From NCBI RefSeq assembly GCF_009914755.1, contig NC_060925.1: DNA of 64,000 nt, one strand, 5' to 3'. Position numbers and translations under genes: made by a program. Shown piece by piece: positions 1 to 14,217 of the stretch. The notes beneath the pieces are model-generated. The model was not told where the DNA came from and searched no databases. It was given only the letters and a program-made list of their open reading frames with translations. The DNA is from the human T2T-CHM13v2.0 reference genome, Homo sapiens. How positions within the stretch are numbered: position 1 is the first letter of the stretch; every line of letters begins with the position of its first letter.

Positions 1-3000
1 TTAGATCTTTCCTGCTTTCTCTTGTGGGCATTTAGTGCTATAAATTTCCCTCTACACACTGCTTTGAATGTATCCCAGAGATTCTGGTATGTTGTGTCTT
101 TGTTCTCATTGGTTTCAAAGACCATCTTTATTTCTGACTTCATTTCATTATGTACCCAGTAGTCATTCAGGAGCAGGTTGTTCAGTTTCCATGCAGTTGA
201 GCCGTTTTGAGTGAGTTTCTTAATCCTGAGTTCTAGTTTGATTGCACTGTGGTCTGAGAAACAGTTTTTTATAATTTCTGTTCTTTTACATTTGCTGAGG
301 AGTGCTGTACTTCCAACTATGTGGTCAGTTTTGGAATAGGTGCGGTGTGGTGCTGAAAATAATGTATATTCTGTTGATTTGGGGTGGAGAGTTCTGTAGA
401 TGTCTGTTAGTTCCGCTTGGTGCAGAGCTGAGTTCAATTCCTGGATATCCTTGTTAACTTTCTGTCTCGTTGATCTGTCTGTTGATGGTGGGGTGTTAAA
501 GTCTCCCATTATTATTGTGTGGGAGTCTAAGTCTCTTTGTAGGTCACTAAGGACTTGCTTTATGAATCAGGGTGCTCCTGCATTGGGTGCTTATATATTT
601 AGGATAGTTAGCTCTTCTTGTTGAATTGATCCCTTTACCATTATGTAATGGCCTTCTGTGTCTCTTTTGATCTTTGTTGGTTTAAAGTCTGCTTTATCAG
701 AGACTAGGATTGCAACCGCTGCCTTTTTTTGTTTTCCATTTGCTTGGTAGATCTTCCTCCATCCCTTTATTTTGAGCCTATGTGTGTCTCTGCACATGAG
801 ATGGGTTTCCTGAATACAGCACCCTGATGGTTCTTGACTCTTTATCCAATTTGCCAGTCTGTGTCTTTTAATTGGAGCATTTAGCCCATTTACATTTAAT
901 GTTAGTATTGTTATGTGTGAATTTGATCCTGTCATTATGATGTTAGCTGATTATTTTGCTCATTAGTTGATGCAGTTTCTTCCTAGCCTTGATGGTCTTT
1001 ACAATTTGGCATGTTTTTGCAGTGGCTGGTACTTGTTGTTCCTTTCCATGTTTAGCACTTCCTTCAGGAGCTCTTTTAGGGCAGGCCTGGTGGTGACAAA
1101 ATCTCTTAGCATTTGCTTGTCTGTAAAGTATTTTATTTCTCCTTCACTTACAAAGCTTAGTTTGGCTAGATATGAAATTATGAGTTGAAAATTCTTTTCT
1201 TTAAGAATGTTGAATATTGGCCCCCACTCTCTTCTGGCTTGTAGAGTTTCTGCTGAGAGATCAACTGTTAGTCTGATGGGCTTCCCTTTGTGGGTAACCC
1301 GACCTTTCTCTCTGGCTGCCCTTAACATTTTTTCCTTCATTTCAACTTTGGTGAATCTGACAATTATGTGTCTTGGAGTTGCTCTTCTCGAGGAGTATCT
1401 TTGTGGCATTCTCTGTATTTCCTGAATTTGAATACTGGCCTAACTTGCTAGATTGGGGAAGTTCTCCTGGATAATATCCTGCAGAGTGTTTTCCAACTTG
1501 GTTCCATTCTCCCCGTCACTTTCAGGTACACGAATCAGACGTAGATGTGGTCTTTTCACATAGTCCCATATTTCTTGGAGGTTTTGTTCATTTCTTTCTA
1601 TTCTTTTTTCTCTAAACTTCTCTTCTCACTTCATTTCATTCATTTCGTCTTCCATTGTTGATACCCTTTCTTCCAGTTGATCGCATCAGCTACTGAAGCT
1701 TTTGCATTCGTCACTTAGTTCTCGTGCCATGTTTTTCAGCTCCATCAGTTCCTTTAAGGACTTCTCTGCATTGTTTATTTTAGTTAGCCATTCATGCATT
1801 TTTTTTTCAAGGTTTTTAACTTCTTTGCCATTGGTTCAGACTTCCTCCTTTAGCTCGGAGTAGTTTGATCTTCTGATGCCTTCTTCTCTCAACTCATCAA
1901 AGTCATTCTCTGTCCAGCTTTGTTCCATTGCTGATGAGGAGCTGCGTTCTTTTGGAGGAGGGGAGGCTCTCTGATTTTTAGAGTTTCTGGTTTTTCTGCT
2001 CTGTTTTTTCCTCATCTTTGTGGTTTTATCTACCTTTGACCTTTGATGATGGTGACGTACAGATTGGTTTTTGGTGTGGATGTCCTTTCTGTTTGTTAGT
2101 TTTCCTTCTAACAGTCAGGACCCTCAGTTGCAGGTCTGTTGGAGTTTGCTGGAGGTCCACTCCAGACCCTTTTTGCCTAGGTATCAGCAGCGGTTAGCTG
2201 CAGAACAGTGGATATTGTTGAACTGCAAATGCTGCTGCCTGATTGTTCCTCTGGAAGTTTTGTCTCAGAGGAGTATCTGGCCATGTGAATTGTCTGTCTG
2301 CCCCTACTGGGAGATGCCTCCCAGTTAGGCTACTCAGGGATCAGGGACCCACTTGAGGAGGCAGTCTGCCCGTTCTGAGATCTCAAGCTGCGTGCTGGGA
2401 GAACCACTACTCTCTTCAAAGCTGTCAGAGAGGGACATTTAAGTCTGCAGAGGTTACTGCTGTCTTTTTGTTTGTGCCCTGCCCCAAGAGGTGGAGCCTA
2501 CAGAGGCAGGCAGGCCTCCTTGAGCTGTGGTGGGCTCCTCCCAGTTTGAGCTTCCAGGCCGCTTTGTTTACCTACTCAAGCCTCAGCAATGGTAGGTGCC
2601 CCTTCCCCAGCCTCGCTGCCACCTTGCAGTTTGATCTCAGACTGCTGTGCTAGCAATGAGCGAGGCTCTGTGGGCATAGGACCCTCGAAGCCATGTGTGG
2701 GATATAATCTCCTGGTGTGCCATTTGTTAAGCCCGTTGGAAAAGCACAGTATTAGGGTGGGAGTGACCCAATTTTCCAGGTGCCATCTGTCACCCCTTTC
2801 TTTGACTAGGAAAGGGAATTCCCTGACCCCTTGCGCTTCCCTGGTGAGGTGATGCCTCACCCTGCTTCGGCTCACACACAGTGCACTGTACCCACTGTCC
2901 TGCACCCACTCTCTGGCACTCCCCAATGAGATGAACCCGGTACCTCAGTTGGAAATGCAGAAATCACCTGTCTTATGCATCACTCATGCTGGGAGCTGTA

Positions 3001-3041
3001 GACTGGAGCTGTTCCTATTTGGCCATCTTGGCTCCACCTCC
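1..3041 (-). mobile_element. L1PA LINE-1, 5' half (5'UTR, ORF1, start of ORF2); continues beyond window start
   Basis: Minus-strand ORF1 (PQRYSSRRATPRHIIVRF) and ORF2 endonuclease start (MTGSNSHITILTLNVNG). L1 5' terminus GGAGGTGGAGCCAAGATGGCC at about 3021-3041. ORFs are disrupted. Confidence 0.97.
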
Positions 3042-3539
3042 TGTCTTAAAATTCTTTCATTACTATATGTTAACTTATGTGAACATGATATCTCTCTGTT
3101 TTCATCCATAAAAATTAAAAAATTAGAAAAAAGTTGGTGTCAAACCTGTCTTATTCTAGCAATAAGTAATATTCATCCATAAATATATGACTAATTGAAG
3201 ATAATTTCAATTTCATTCATCTCATTAAGAGATGTATTTTCAATGCAATTCTATTCTATACACTTAATAATAACATTAAAATTTGTGATATATTTTGGCT
3301 GTTTTTATCAATCTTGAATTTATAATAATAATAATAACTTCATCTAGAGGAGAGCTTTTAACATATGGAGGTTAGAGTCACAGAAAATTAAGTTTTTTAA
3401 AATTTCAATTGGTATAAAATTTTTATTGGAGCAAAGTATGTGTGAGAGGGTGATTAATAAAAGATTTTCAAGTATAAAACATAATAAATTACCATAAAAT
3501 TATGTAAAGAAAGTGAGGTGAAAATATGAGTTTAAAGTG

Positions 3540-5962
3540 TGATATGATTTGTCTGTGTCCCTACCCAAATCTCATCTTGAATTTTAACTCCCACAGTTCC
3601 TCATAGGAGGAACTTGTTGGGAGGTGATTGAATTATAGGGGTGAGTCTTTTCTGCATGGTTCTCAGGATAGTGAGTGAGTCTCACGAGATGTGATGGTTT
3701 TAAAAATGGGGGTTTCCCTGCACAAGCTCTCTCTCTCTCTCTTTGCCTGCTGCCATCCACATAAGATGTGACTTGCTCCTCCTTGCATTCTGCCATGATT
3801 TTGAGGCCTCCCCAGCCATGTGGAACTGTAAGCCCAATGAACCTCTTTGTTTTGTAAGTTTCCCAGTCTCAGGTATGTCTTTATGAGCAGCATGAAAACA
3901 AACTAATGCAGTAAATTGGTACCACTAGAGTGGGGCGTTGCTGAAAGTTTTTGGTGATACATCATTATATGAATTTTGAGGTAAGACTTAGCTGGAATAC
4001 AAGAAATTATGTAACATTGTATTTAAAATTCTTTCATTGTTGTGTGTTAACTTATGTGAGCATGTTATCTCTCTGCTTTCTTCCATAAAAATTAAAAAAA
4101 TTAATTAATCCTGAAAGTGTGGGAATGACTTTGGAACTGGGTAACAGGCAGAGATTGGAACAGTTTGGAGGGCTCAGAAGAAGACAGGAAGATGTGGGAA
4201 AGTTTGGAACTTCCTAGAGACTTGTTGAATCATTTTGACAGAATTGCCAATAGTGCTATGAACAATAAGGTCCAGGCTGAGGTGGTCTCAGATGGTGAGA
4301 AGGAACTTGTTGGGAACTGGAGCAAAGGTGACTCTTGTTATGTTTTAGCAAAGAGACTGGTGGCATTTTGCCCCTGCTCTAGAGATCTGTGGAACTTTGA
4401 ACTTGAGAGAGATGGCTTAGGGTATTTGGTGTAAGAAATTTTTAAGCAGCAAAGCATTCAAGAGGTGACTTGAGTGCTGTTAAAGGCATTCCGTTTTAAA
4501 AGGGAAATAAAGCATAAAAGTTCAGAAAATGTGTAGTCTGACAATGTGATAGAAAAGAAAATCCCATTTTCTGAGGAGAAATTCAAACTGGCTGCAGATA
4601 TTTGCATAAGCAATGAGGAGCTGAATGTTAATCACTAAGACAGTGGGGAAAATGTCTCCAGGGCATGTCCAAGAATTTTGCAGCAGCCCCTTCCATCACA
4701 GGCCCAGAGGTCTAGGAGGAAAAAATGGTTTTGTGGGCTGGGACAAGGTCCCCATGCTGTGTGCAGTCTAGGGACTTGGTGCCCTGCGTCCCAGCCACTC
4801 CAGCCATTTCTAAAAGGGACCAAGTTACAGTTTGAGCCATGGTTGTGGAGAATGCAAGCCCCAAGCCTTGGCAGCTTCCACATAGTATTAAGCCTGAGGG
4901 TGCACAGAAGTCAAGAATTGAGGTTTGGAAACCTCCGCCTAGATTTCAGAGGATGTATGGAAATGCCTGGATGTCCAGGCAGAAGTTTGCTGCAGGGATA
5001 GGGCTCTCATGAAGAACCTCTGCTAGAGCAGTGTGGAAGGGAAATGTGGGGTTGGAGCCCCCCCACAGAGTCTCTTCTGGGGCACTTCCACCTAGTGGAA
5101 ATGTGAGAAGAGGGCCACTGTTCTCCAGGCCCCAGAATGGTAGATCCACAGACAGCTTGCACTGTGTATCTGGAAAAACTGCAGACACTCAACACCATCC
5201 CATGAAAGCAGCCAGAAGGGAGGCTGCCCAAGACCATGTGAATCCACCTCTTGCATCAGTGTGACCTGGATGCAGGACTTGGAATCAAAGGAGATTATTT
5301 TGGAGCTTTAAGATGACTGCCATGCTACATTTTGGACTTGCATGGGGCCTGTAGCCCCTTTATTTTGGTCAATTTCTCCCATTTGGAATGGCTGTATTTA
5401 CCCAATTTCTGTACCCCCATTGTTTCTAGGAAGTAACTAACTTGCTTTTGCTTTTACAGGCTCATAGGCAGAAGGGACTTGCTTTGTCTCAGATGAGATG
5501 TTGGACTGTGGACTTTTGGGTTAACACTGAAATGAGTTAAGACTCTTGGGGACTGTTGGAAAGACATGATTGGTTTTGAAATGTGAGGACATGAGATTTG
5601 GGAGGGGCCAGAGTTGGAATGGCATTGTTTGGCTGTGTCCCCACCCAAATCTCATCTTGAATTGTAACTCCCACAATTCCCACCTGTCATGGGAGGAACC
5701 TGGTGGGAGGCAATTGAATTATGGTGGTGGGTCTTAATGAGTCTCATGATATTTGATGGTTTTAAAAATGGGAGTTTCCCTTCACAAGCTTTCTCTCTTT
5801 GCCTGCTACCATCCACGTAAGATGTGACTTGCTCCTCCTTGCCTTCTGCCATGATTGTGAAGCCTCCCCAGCCATGTGGAACTGTCCAATAAACTTCTTT
5901 TTTTTTGTAAGTTGCCCAGTCTCAGGTATGTCTTATCAGCCACTTGAAAATGGACTAATACA
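3540..5962 (+). mobile_element. Full-length THE1 (MaLR) element: LTR 3540-3910, internal region, LTR 5620-5962
   Basis: Two homologous LTRs (TGATATG..CCCAAATCTCATCTTGAATT...CTAAT(A/G)CA), THE1-int sequence between them, and a 5-bp TSD AAGTG/AGGTG with 1 mismatch. Confidence 0.93.
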
Positions 5963-6769
5963 AGGTGAAAAATGAATTATGTATTTTTTGTCTAAAAATG
6001 TTTGCTTATGTATTTTTTAAATGGATGATGGTAAATATTAAATTCTCATATTTAATTCCCATAGATATACTGAAAAGGGTGATATAATAGGTTCATTTTA
6101 AAGTGTCAATATCTACAACATACTAGAAATTGTATTGTTTGGAACTACTTAAATTTATGAGGAAAATTTTAGATGTTGGCTTAAAAGTATGTAGTATGGT
6201 TATGCTGTTGTTTGAAATTCTTTTGTGGGTGGGGTTTGCAAAAGCACATTCTTAGAATGCTATGTGAAAGACCTCAAGATTTTCTGATAGTGAACATTTT
6301 CTAGGATGTTGAGGATACTAAGAATTATAGAATGAGTACATGAATCATTTGTGTGCTGGGAAGAAGGTATTAACAGTCTCCATCACAGAGATTGGGCTTT
6401 GTGGCAGATTAGTATAAGCATGAGTTTGTTGTCTGGATCACAAAGAAGCTCCACTTTTAAAAAGTATTTCTCACTGGTGATCTGTTTGCTTGTTCTTAAG
6501 GGATTCCCAGGGGCAATGAATTTTTTGGAAATAGGAGAAGATATTATGTGCCATCTCAATAGCCTCCCCACTCTACAATATATTTGATTCAGAACCCCCC
6601 AGAATAGAATCACACACACCTTTCTCATGTCATAAATCATCCATATCAGAAATATGTATAATCTAAATTCTGTAGAATGGGTTTGTTTTGTCTTAATTGA
6701 AGGTTGATTGATTAAAGAGACCTTTACAAATAGCCATAACTTTTCTTTTCACTTATATTTAATATTTTC

Positions 6770-7340
6770 AGCTCTTAACTAACATATATTAAGCTGCTCA
6801 TAATGTGTACAATTTGATGTTTGACATATGTACACACTCATGAAACTATCACCACATCTAAATAATGAACATATCCATTATTCTTTAAAGTTTCCGATTC
6901 ACATATTAATGGTTGTTAGGTTTTCAAATGAGTTGATCCATTTATCATCATAAACTGTCCTTTTTCTATCTCTGATAATATTCTTTGTTTTAAAGTCTAT
7001 TTTACATGATATTAGTAAAACCAGTCGAGTTTTTAATGCTTAATATTTGTATCATTTTTCTTTTTCAATCAATCCATCAATCTGCTCTCACATTATGTGC
7101 CTTTAAGTTTAATGTGGGTTTTTTTTGGTAGATAACATATAGTTGTGTCTTGCACTTATATCCATTCTGACAACGTGTACTTTTTAATTGGTGTTTAGTC
7201 CTTTAACATTTATTATAATTATTGATAAATTGGATTTAGATCTATTGTTTTACTGTTTGTTTTCTGTTTGTTCTTTCTTTTTTTGTTATTCATCTATTCC
7301 TCTTTCTTGCCTTCTTTTGGATTAGCTGATTAATTTTGTT
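6770..7340 (-). mobile_element. Ancient L1M fragments
   Basis: Degenerate L1-like T-rich sequence (TTTAAAGTCTATTTT..GATATTAGT); boundaries approximate. Confidence 0.55.
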
Positions 7341-7359
7341 ATGTTTTCTTTCGAAACCC

Positions 7360-7551
7360 CACCTCAGAGCCTTCCACCTCAGCCACCCAAATGGCTGAGC
7401 CTGTAGGCACACACCACCACACCTGGCTAACTTTTGTTTTAGTCAACATGGGTTTCTCCATGTTGCCCAGGCTGGTCTTAAACTGCTGCACTCAGCTTGC
7501 CTTGGCCTCCTAAAGTGCTGGAATTGCAGACATGAGCTGCTCTGCCCAGCT
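7360..7551 (-). repeat. Partial old Alu (AluJ-like)
   Basis: CCTCCTAAAGTGCTGGAATTGCAGACATGAGC and CCATGTTGCCCAGGCTGGTCT Alu motifs. Confidence 0.8.
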
Positions 7552-8295
7552 GTAACTTTAAAAATTATACAACTTGATAGAAGGTGCAGCAAGATGGCCA
7601 AAGAGAAGCCTCTAGCATTCATTTTCCCTGCAGAAAAATCAAACTGAACAACTATCCACACAAAAAGCACCTTCCTAAGAACCAAAAATCAGGTGAGTGG
7701 TTCACATCACTTGGCTTTAATATCCTATTAAGGAAAGAGGCACTAAAGTGGGTAGGAAAAACAGTCTTGAATCACCTACACCACCCCTCCCTGATTCCAC
7801 AGCAGTAGCTGCTTGGCATGGAGAGAGAATCTGTGTGCTTAGGAAAGGGAGAGTGCAGTGATTGTGGGACTTCGCATTGGAACTTGGTGCTGACCCATGT
7901 TGCTTTTTTACTGGAAAACAACATGGGGCAGAACCCGCAGAGGGAGCATATTTAGATTAGCCCAAATCAGAAGCAGATCATTCTGGTAAGCCCTGCTAAA
8001 GCCCTGGACTAAAGTGCTATGGGGTCTTAAGTAAACTTGAAAGGTAGTCGAGGCCACAAAGACTGCAATTGCTGAGCAAGTCCTGGTGCTATGTGGGGCT
8101 CAGAGCCAGTGGACTTTGGGTACATGCAACCTAATGAGACACCAGCCAGAGTGGTTGAGGGAGTGCTTGCATCACCCCTCCCCAACTCCAGGCAGTGAAG
8201 CTTACAGCTCCAGGAGAGACTGCTTCTCTCTGCTTGAGGAGAGCATGGGGGAAAGCAAAGAGGACTTTTTCTTGCAACTTGGATATGAGCTCAGC

Positions 8296-8951
8296 TGAGG
8301 TGGGAAATTAAAGAAAAATAAAATTAAAAAGAAAGAAAAATAAACTTTCCTGTATTAGGCTGACTTGTCCCAGAGGCAGCAACAGGCACAGCCCAGACCC
8401 AGGAAAAGTCTTGATAATATTATCTAATGTGCTCTGGAGACTCCTCCAGCACTCCCTCAACATAGGGAGAAGAAAAACAAATTTTCCTTTGTTTTATGGT
8501 ATGAGTTTATAGATTCTTCTTCTCTGTAACTAGTAACTTCAAGTATTCTGTTTTATCTAAGAAGTACGGCGAAGGTCATGAGAAGCCTAAGCGGGCCTGA
8601 ACTCCAGCTGTCTAGGCACCATAGTGAGGGTTATGGGATAAGCCCGTGCCTAGGCAAACCTAGATAATGGACCTCTGGGTTGCATAGCAATGGTGGTATG
8701 CAATCCTGAGTTATGAACCTGTTACAATTTGATTAACTGTCTTTGTCCTGCCTCTGTATTCCTGCTTTCATGCCACTGTAAGCTTGCTTCAAGTTATCCC
8801 ACCCCGTTTTGTGAAGTGCATATAAAAGTCAAGTGCTGTCTTTGTTCTGGGCCTGGTCTTTGGAGGTGAGTCTGCTGGGCCCGAGTGCACTCAATAAAAG
8901 ATTCCCCTGTTTTAACCCAAGGTCTCTCTCATCCTCATAAATCCCACAACA
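8296..8951 (+). mobile_element. Solo ERV LTR (ERV1-class), 656 bp
   Basis: TG...CA termini, TATAAAA at 8821, AATAAA at about 8893, and a 4-bp TSD CAGC (8292-8295 / 8952-8955) splitting the L1MA 5'UTR. Confidence 0.9.
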
Positions 8952-10532
8952 CAGCCACAATAAATAGAGCACCAGGAAGAGCGCTGAGGCCTCCATCTCA
9001 GGCCTTAGCTCCTAGAAGACATTTCTAGACACATCCTGGGCTAGAAGGAGACCTACTGCCTTGAAGGGAAGGACCTGTTTTTGGCAGGATTCTTCACCTG
9101 CTGACTAAAGAGCCCTTGGACCCTGAATAATCAATAGTGGTAGCTATGCTGTACATTCTGCAGGCCTTGTGAGAGATTCAGAGCTGTGCTGGCTTCAGGT
9201 GTGACTTAGCACATTCCCAGCTGTGGTAGCCATGGAGAGAGACCCTTCTGTTTAAGGAAAAGAGAGGGACAAGTAAAGGGGACTTTGTCTTGCAACTTGG
9301 GTACCAGCTTGGCCAGTGGGGCAGAGCACTAAGTGGTCACTTGGGGGTCCCCGATTCTAAACTTTGGCTCCTGGATGGCATTTGTGGACCTGCCCTGGGC
9401 TAGAGGGGAGTCCCCTGCCATGAAGAGAGACACTCAGGTCTGGCAGCATTCACCACAAACAGACTGAAGAGCCCTTGTTCTTTGAGTAAACATCAGCAGT
9501 AGCCAAGCAGTACTTGCTGTAGGCCCGGGGCAGTTGTGGCCCTGGGGAGAGACCTCTGTGCTTGAGGAAAGGGGAGGGAAGAATAGGAAGGATTTTGTCT
9601 TGTGGTTTTAGTGCCCAGTTCAGCTGCAGTAGAATACAGCAGTAGGTAGATTCCAAAGGTTCTCCACTCTAAATCCTGGCTCTCAGGAAGCATCTCCAGA
9701 CCTGCCCAGGGCTGGAGGCAACTTGCCACTCTGAAGGTAAGGACAAACCTGGTTAGATTTGCCACTTGCTGATTTGAGAGCCCTAAGGTCTTGACTGAAT
9801 ACAGACGGTAGCCAGGCAGTGGTCACTGTGGGTCTTGGGAAAGACCAAGTGCTGTTATGGCCTCAGGTCTGACAGAGCACAGTCCCAGTGGTGGTGGCCA
9901 CAGGAGTGCTTGTGTCATCCCTCCCCCAGCTGCAGGCAGCTCAAGGCAGAGATAGAAAATCTTTTCGTTTGTGGGAAAGTAAGGGAAGAGAACTTGAGTC
10001 CCTGCCTAGCAATCCAGGGAATTCTCCTGAATATTACCCAAGACCACCAAGGTGGTACCTCTATGAGTCTGCAAGAGCCACAGCATTACTGGGTTTGGGG
10101 TGTCCCCCAAAGCAAATATAGCTGCAATAACCAAATATTTAGATCATAATACCCAAGTTCCTTCAAATATCTGAAAAGGTTTCCCAAGAAGGATGGGTAG
10201 AAATAAGCCCAGACTGAGAAGAGTACAATAAATACCTAACTCTTCAATGCCCAGACACTCATGAATGTCCATAAGCATCAGGATCATCCAGAATAACATG
10301 ACCTGACTAAATGAACTAAATAAGGCACTAGTGACAAACCTTGGAGAGACAGAGATATGTGACCTTTCAGGCAGATAATTCAAAATAACTGTTTTAAGGA
10401 AGCTTAACAAAATCCAATATAATGCAGATAAGGAATTTAGAATCCTATCAGATAAATTTAACAAAGGGATTGAAATAATTATAAAGAATCAAGCAGAAAT
10501 TCTGGAGTTGAAAAATGCAATTCATATACTGA

Positions 10533-10856
<324 letters not shown>

Positions 10857-13550
10857 CACATCAGAGTCTCTTAACAGCAGACTAGATCAAGCAGAAGAAA
10901 AAATTAGTGAGCTTTAAGACAGGCTATTTGAAATACACAGCCATAGAAGACAAAAGAAAAAGAAATAGAAAAAGAATAAACAATGTCTACAGGATCTAGA
11001 AAATAGCCCTCAAAAGGGCAAATCTAAGTGCTATTGGCCTTAAAGAGGAGGTAGAGGGTGTAACAGAGAACTTCTCAAACCTAGAAAAAGATATTAATAT
11101 TTAAGTACAAGAAGGTTATGGAATCCCAAGTAGATATAACCCAAACAAGACTAACTGAAGACACTTAATAATCAAACTCCCAAAGGTCAAGGATAAAGAA
11201 AGGATCTTAAAAGCAGCAAGAGAAAAGAAACAACAGAAAGAAGCTCCAATATGTCTGACTGCCGACTTCTTAGTGGAAACCTGAAAACAGGACCGGATAG
11301 AGTGCCATGACATACATAAAGTGCTGAAGGAAAATAACTTTTATCCTAGAGTAGTATATTCAGCAAAAATATCCTTCAAACATGGAGGAGAAATAAAGAC
11401 TTTCCCAGAGAAAGAAAAGCAGGGATTTTATCACACCAGACCTATTCTACACGGAATGCTAAAGGGAGATATTCAATCTTAAAGAAAAGGATGTTAATGA
11501 GCAATAAGAAATCATCTGAAGGTACAAAATTCACTGGTAATAGCAAGTAAACAGAAAAACACAGACCATTATAATACTGTAGTTATGATGTGTAAACTAC
11601 TCATATTTCAATTAGAAAGACTAAGCAATGAACCTATCAAAAATAATAATGAAAACAACTTTTCAAGACATAGACAGTATAATAAGTTACAAATAGAAAT
11701 GACAAAAAGCTAAAAAGTGGGAAGATTAAGTTAAAGTATAGGGTTTTTATTAGTTTTCTTTTTGCTTGTTTATTAGTTGGTTTATGTAATCAGTGTTAAC
11801 CTGTCATCAGTTTAAAATAATGGGTTACAAGATAGTATTTGCAAGCCTCATGGTAACCTCAAATAAAAAACATACAAAATATACACAAAATATAAAAAGC
11901 AAGAAATTAAAACATACCATGAGAAATTCATCTTCAGTAAAAAGAAGACAGAAAGGAAGGAAAGAAGGAAGAGAAGACTACAAAATAACCAGAAAACAAA
12001 TAATAAAATGGCAGGAGTAAGTCTTTATTACAAATAATAACATTGACTGTAAATGGACTAAATTCTCCAATCAAAGGCACAGAGTGGCTGAATGGATGAA
12101 AGAACAAAGACCCAACACATCTGTTCCTTGGAAGAAACACACGTCACCTATAAAGACACACGTAGGCTGAAAATTATGAGATGAAAAAGATATTCCATGC
12201 CAATGGATACCAGAAAACAGCAGGAGTAGCTATATTTATATCAGACAAAATATATTTCAAGGAAAGAAAACTATAAAAAGAGACAAAGAAAGTCATTATA
12301 TAATCATAAAGGGATCAAATACAGCAATGGGGTATAATAAATGAATATATATGCACCCAACACTGCAACACCCAGATATAAAGCAAATATTATTAGAGCT
12401 AAAGAGAGATAGTTCCCAATACAGTAATAGCTGAAGACTTCAACTGCCCACTTTCAGCACTGGAGAAATCATCTGGACGGAAAATCAATAAAGAAACATT
12501 GGACTTAATCTGCTCCATACACCAAATGGATGTAATAGATATTTAAAGACATTTCATCTGCTGGCTGCAGAATACGCATTCTTCTCCTTGGCACATGGAT
12601 CATTTTTAAGGATCGACCATACGTTAGGCCACAAGACAAGTCTTAAAAAGATTGAAATCATATCAAGTATCTTTTTTGACCACAATGGAATAATACTAGA
12701 AATCAATAACAAGAGGAATTTTGAAAACAATACAAAAACATGGAAATTAAACAACATGCTTCTGAATGAGTAGTGGGTCAATGAAGAAATTAAGAAGGGA
12801 ATTAAAAAATTTATTGAAACAAACGAATATGGAAATACCACATACTGAATTCTATGGGTTACAGCAAAAGCAGTAGTAAGAGGAAAGTTTATAGCTGTAA
12901 GTCCTTACATCAAAAAAGTAGAAAAACTTCAAATAAACAACCTAATGTTGCATCTTAAAGAACTAAAAAAGCAAGCTCAAACTCACAATTAGTAGAAGAA
13001 AAGAGATAATAAAGATCAGAGCAGAAATAAATGAAATTGAAATAAAAAATACAAAAGATCGATGAAATGAAAAGTTGACTTTGGGAAGATAAACAAAACC
13101 AACAAAGCTGTGGCCTAACTAAGATAAAAGAGAGAAGGCCCAAATAAATAAAATCAGGAATGAAAAAGAAGACATTAAAACTTACAATACAGAAATTCAA
13201 AGGATCATTAGTGGCCACTATGAGCAACTGTATGCCAATAAATTGGAAAACCTAGAAGAAATGGATAAATTCCTGGACACATGCAACCTAAAAAGACTGA
13301 GCCATGAAGAAATCCAAAACCTGAACAGACCAATAACAAGTAATGAGATTGAAGCCATTATAAATAGTCTCCCAGCACAGAAAAGGCTGGGACACAATGG
13401 CTTCACTGCTGGGCTTGACCAAATATTTAAAGAAGAACTAATACCAATCCTACTTAAACTATTCAAAAAGTAGAGGAGGAGGGAATACTTCCAATCTCAT
13501 TGTATGAGGCCAGTATTATCCTGATATCAAAACCAGACAAGACACATAAA

Positions 13551-13582
13551 AAACAAACAAACAAACAAACAAACAAACAAAA
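13551..13582 (+). repeat. (AAAC)n microsatellite
   Basis: Direct reading of the sequence. Confidence 0.9.
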
Positions 13583-14217
13583 TACAAGTCAATATCCCTG
13601 ATGAATATGGAGGCAAAAATCCTCAACAAAATACCAGCAAACCAAATTCAACAACTCGTTAAAAGATCATTCAACATTACCAAGTGAGATTTATCCCAGG
13701 GATATAAGGATGATTCAACATATGCAAATAAATTGATTTGATCCATTAATCATCAATAGAATGAAGGGCAAACATCATATAATCATTTCAGTTGATGCTG
13801 AAAAAGTCACTGATAAAATGCAACATTCCTTAATGATAAAAACTCTCAAAAAACTGTGTATGGAAGCAACAAACCTCAACACAATAAAAGCCATATATAA
13901 CAGACCCACAGCTAGCATCATACTGAATGGAGAAAAAGCTGAAATCCTTTCCTCTAAGATCTGGAGCAAGAGAAGAGTGCCCATTTTCATCACTGTTATT
14001 CAACATAGTACTGAAAGTCCTAGCTAAAGCAATCAGAAAAAAGAAGGAAATAAGGAGCATCCAAATTCTAAAGGAAGAAATCTAATTATCTTTCTATGCA
14101 AATGCTACGATTTTATATTTGGAAAAACCCAGAAATTTTGCCAAAAAACTATTAGAAGTGATAAACAAATTCAGTAAAGTTGTAGGATACAAAACCAACC
14201 AACAAAAATCAGTAGCA

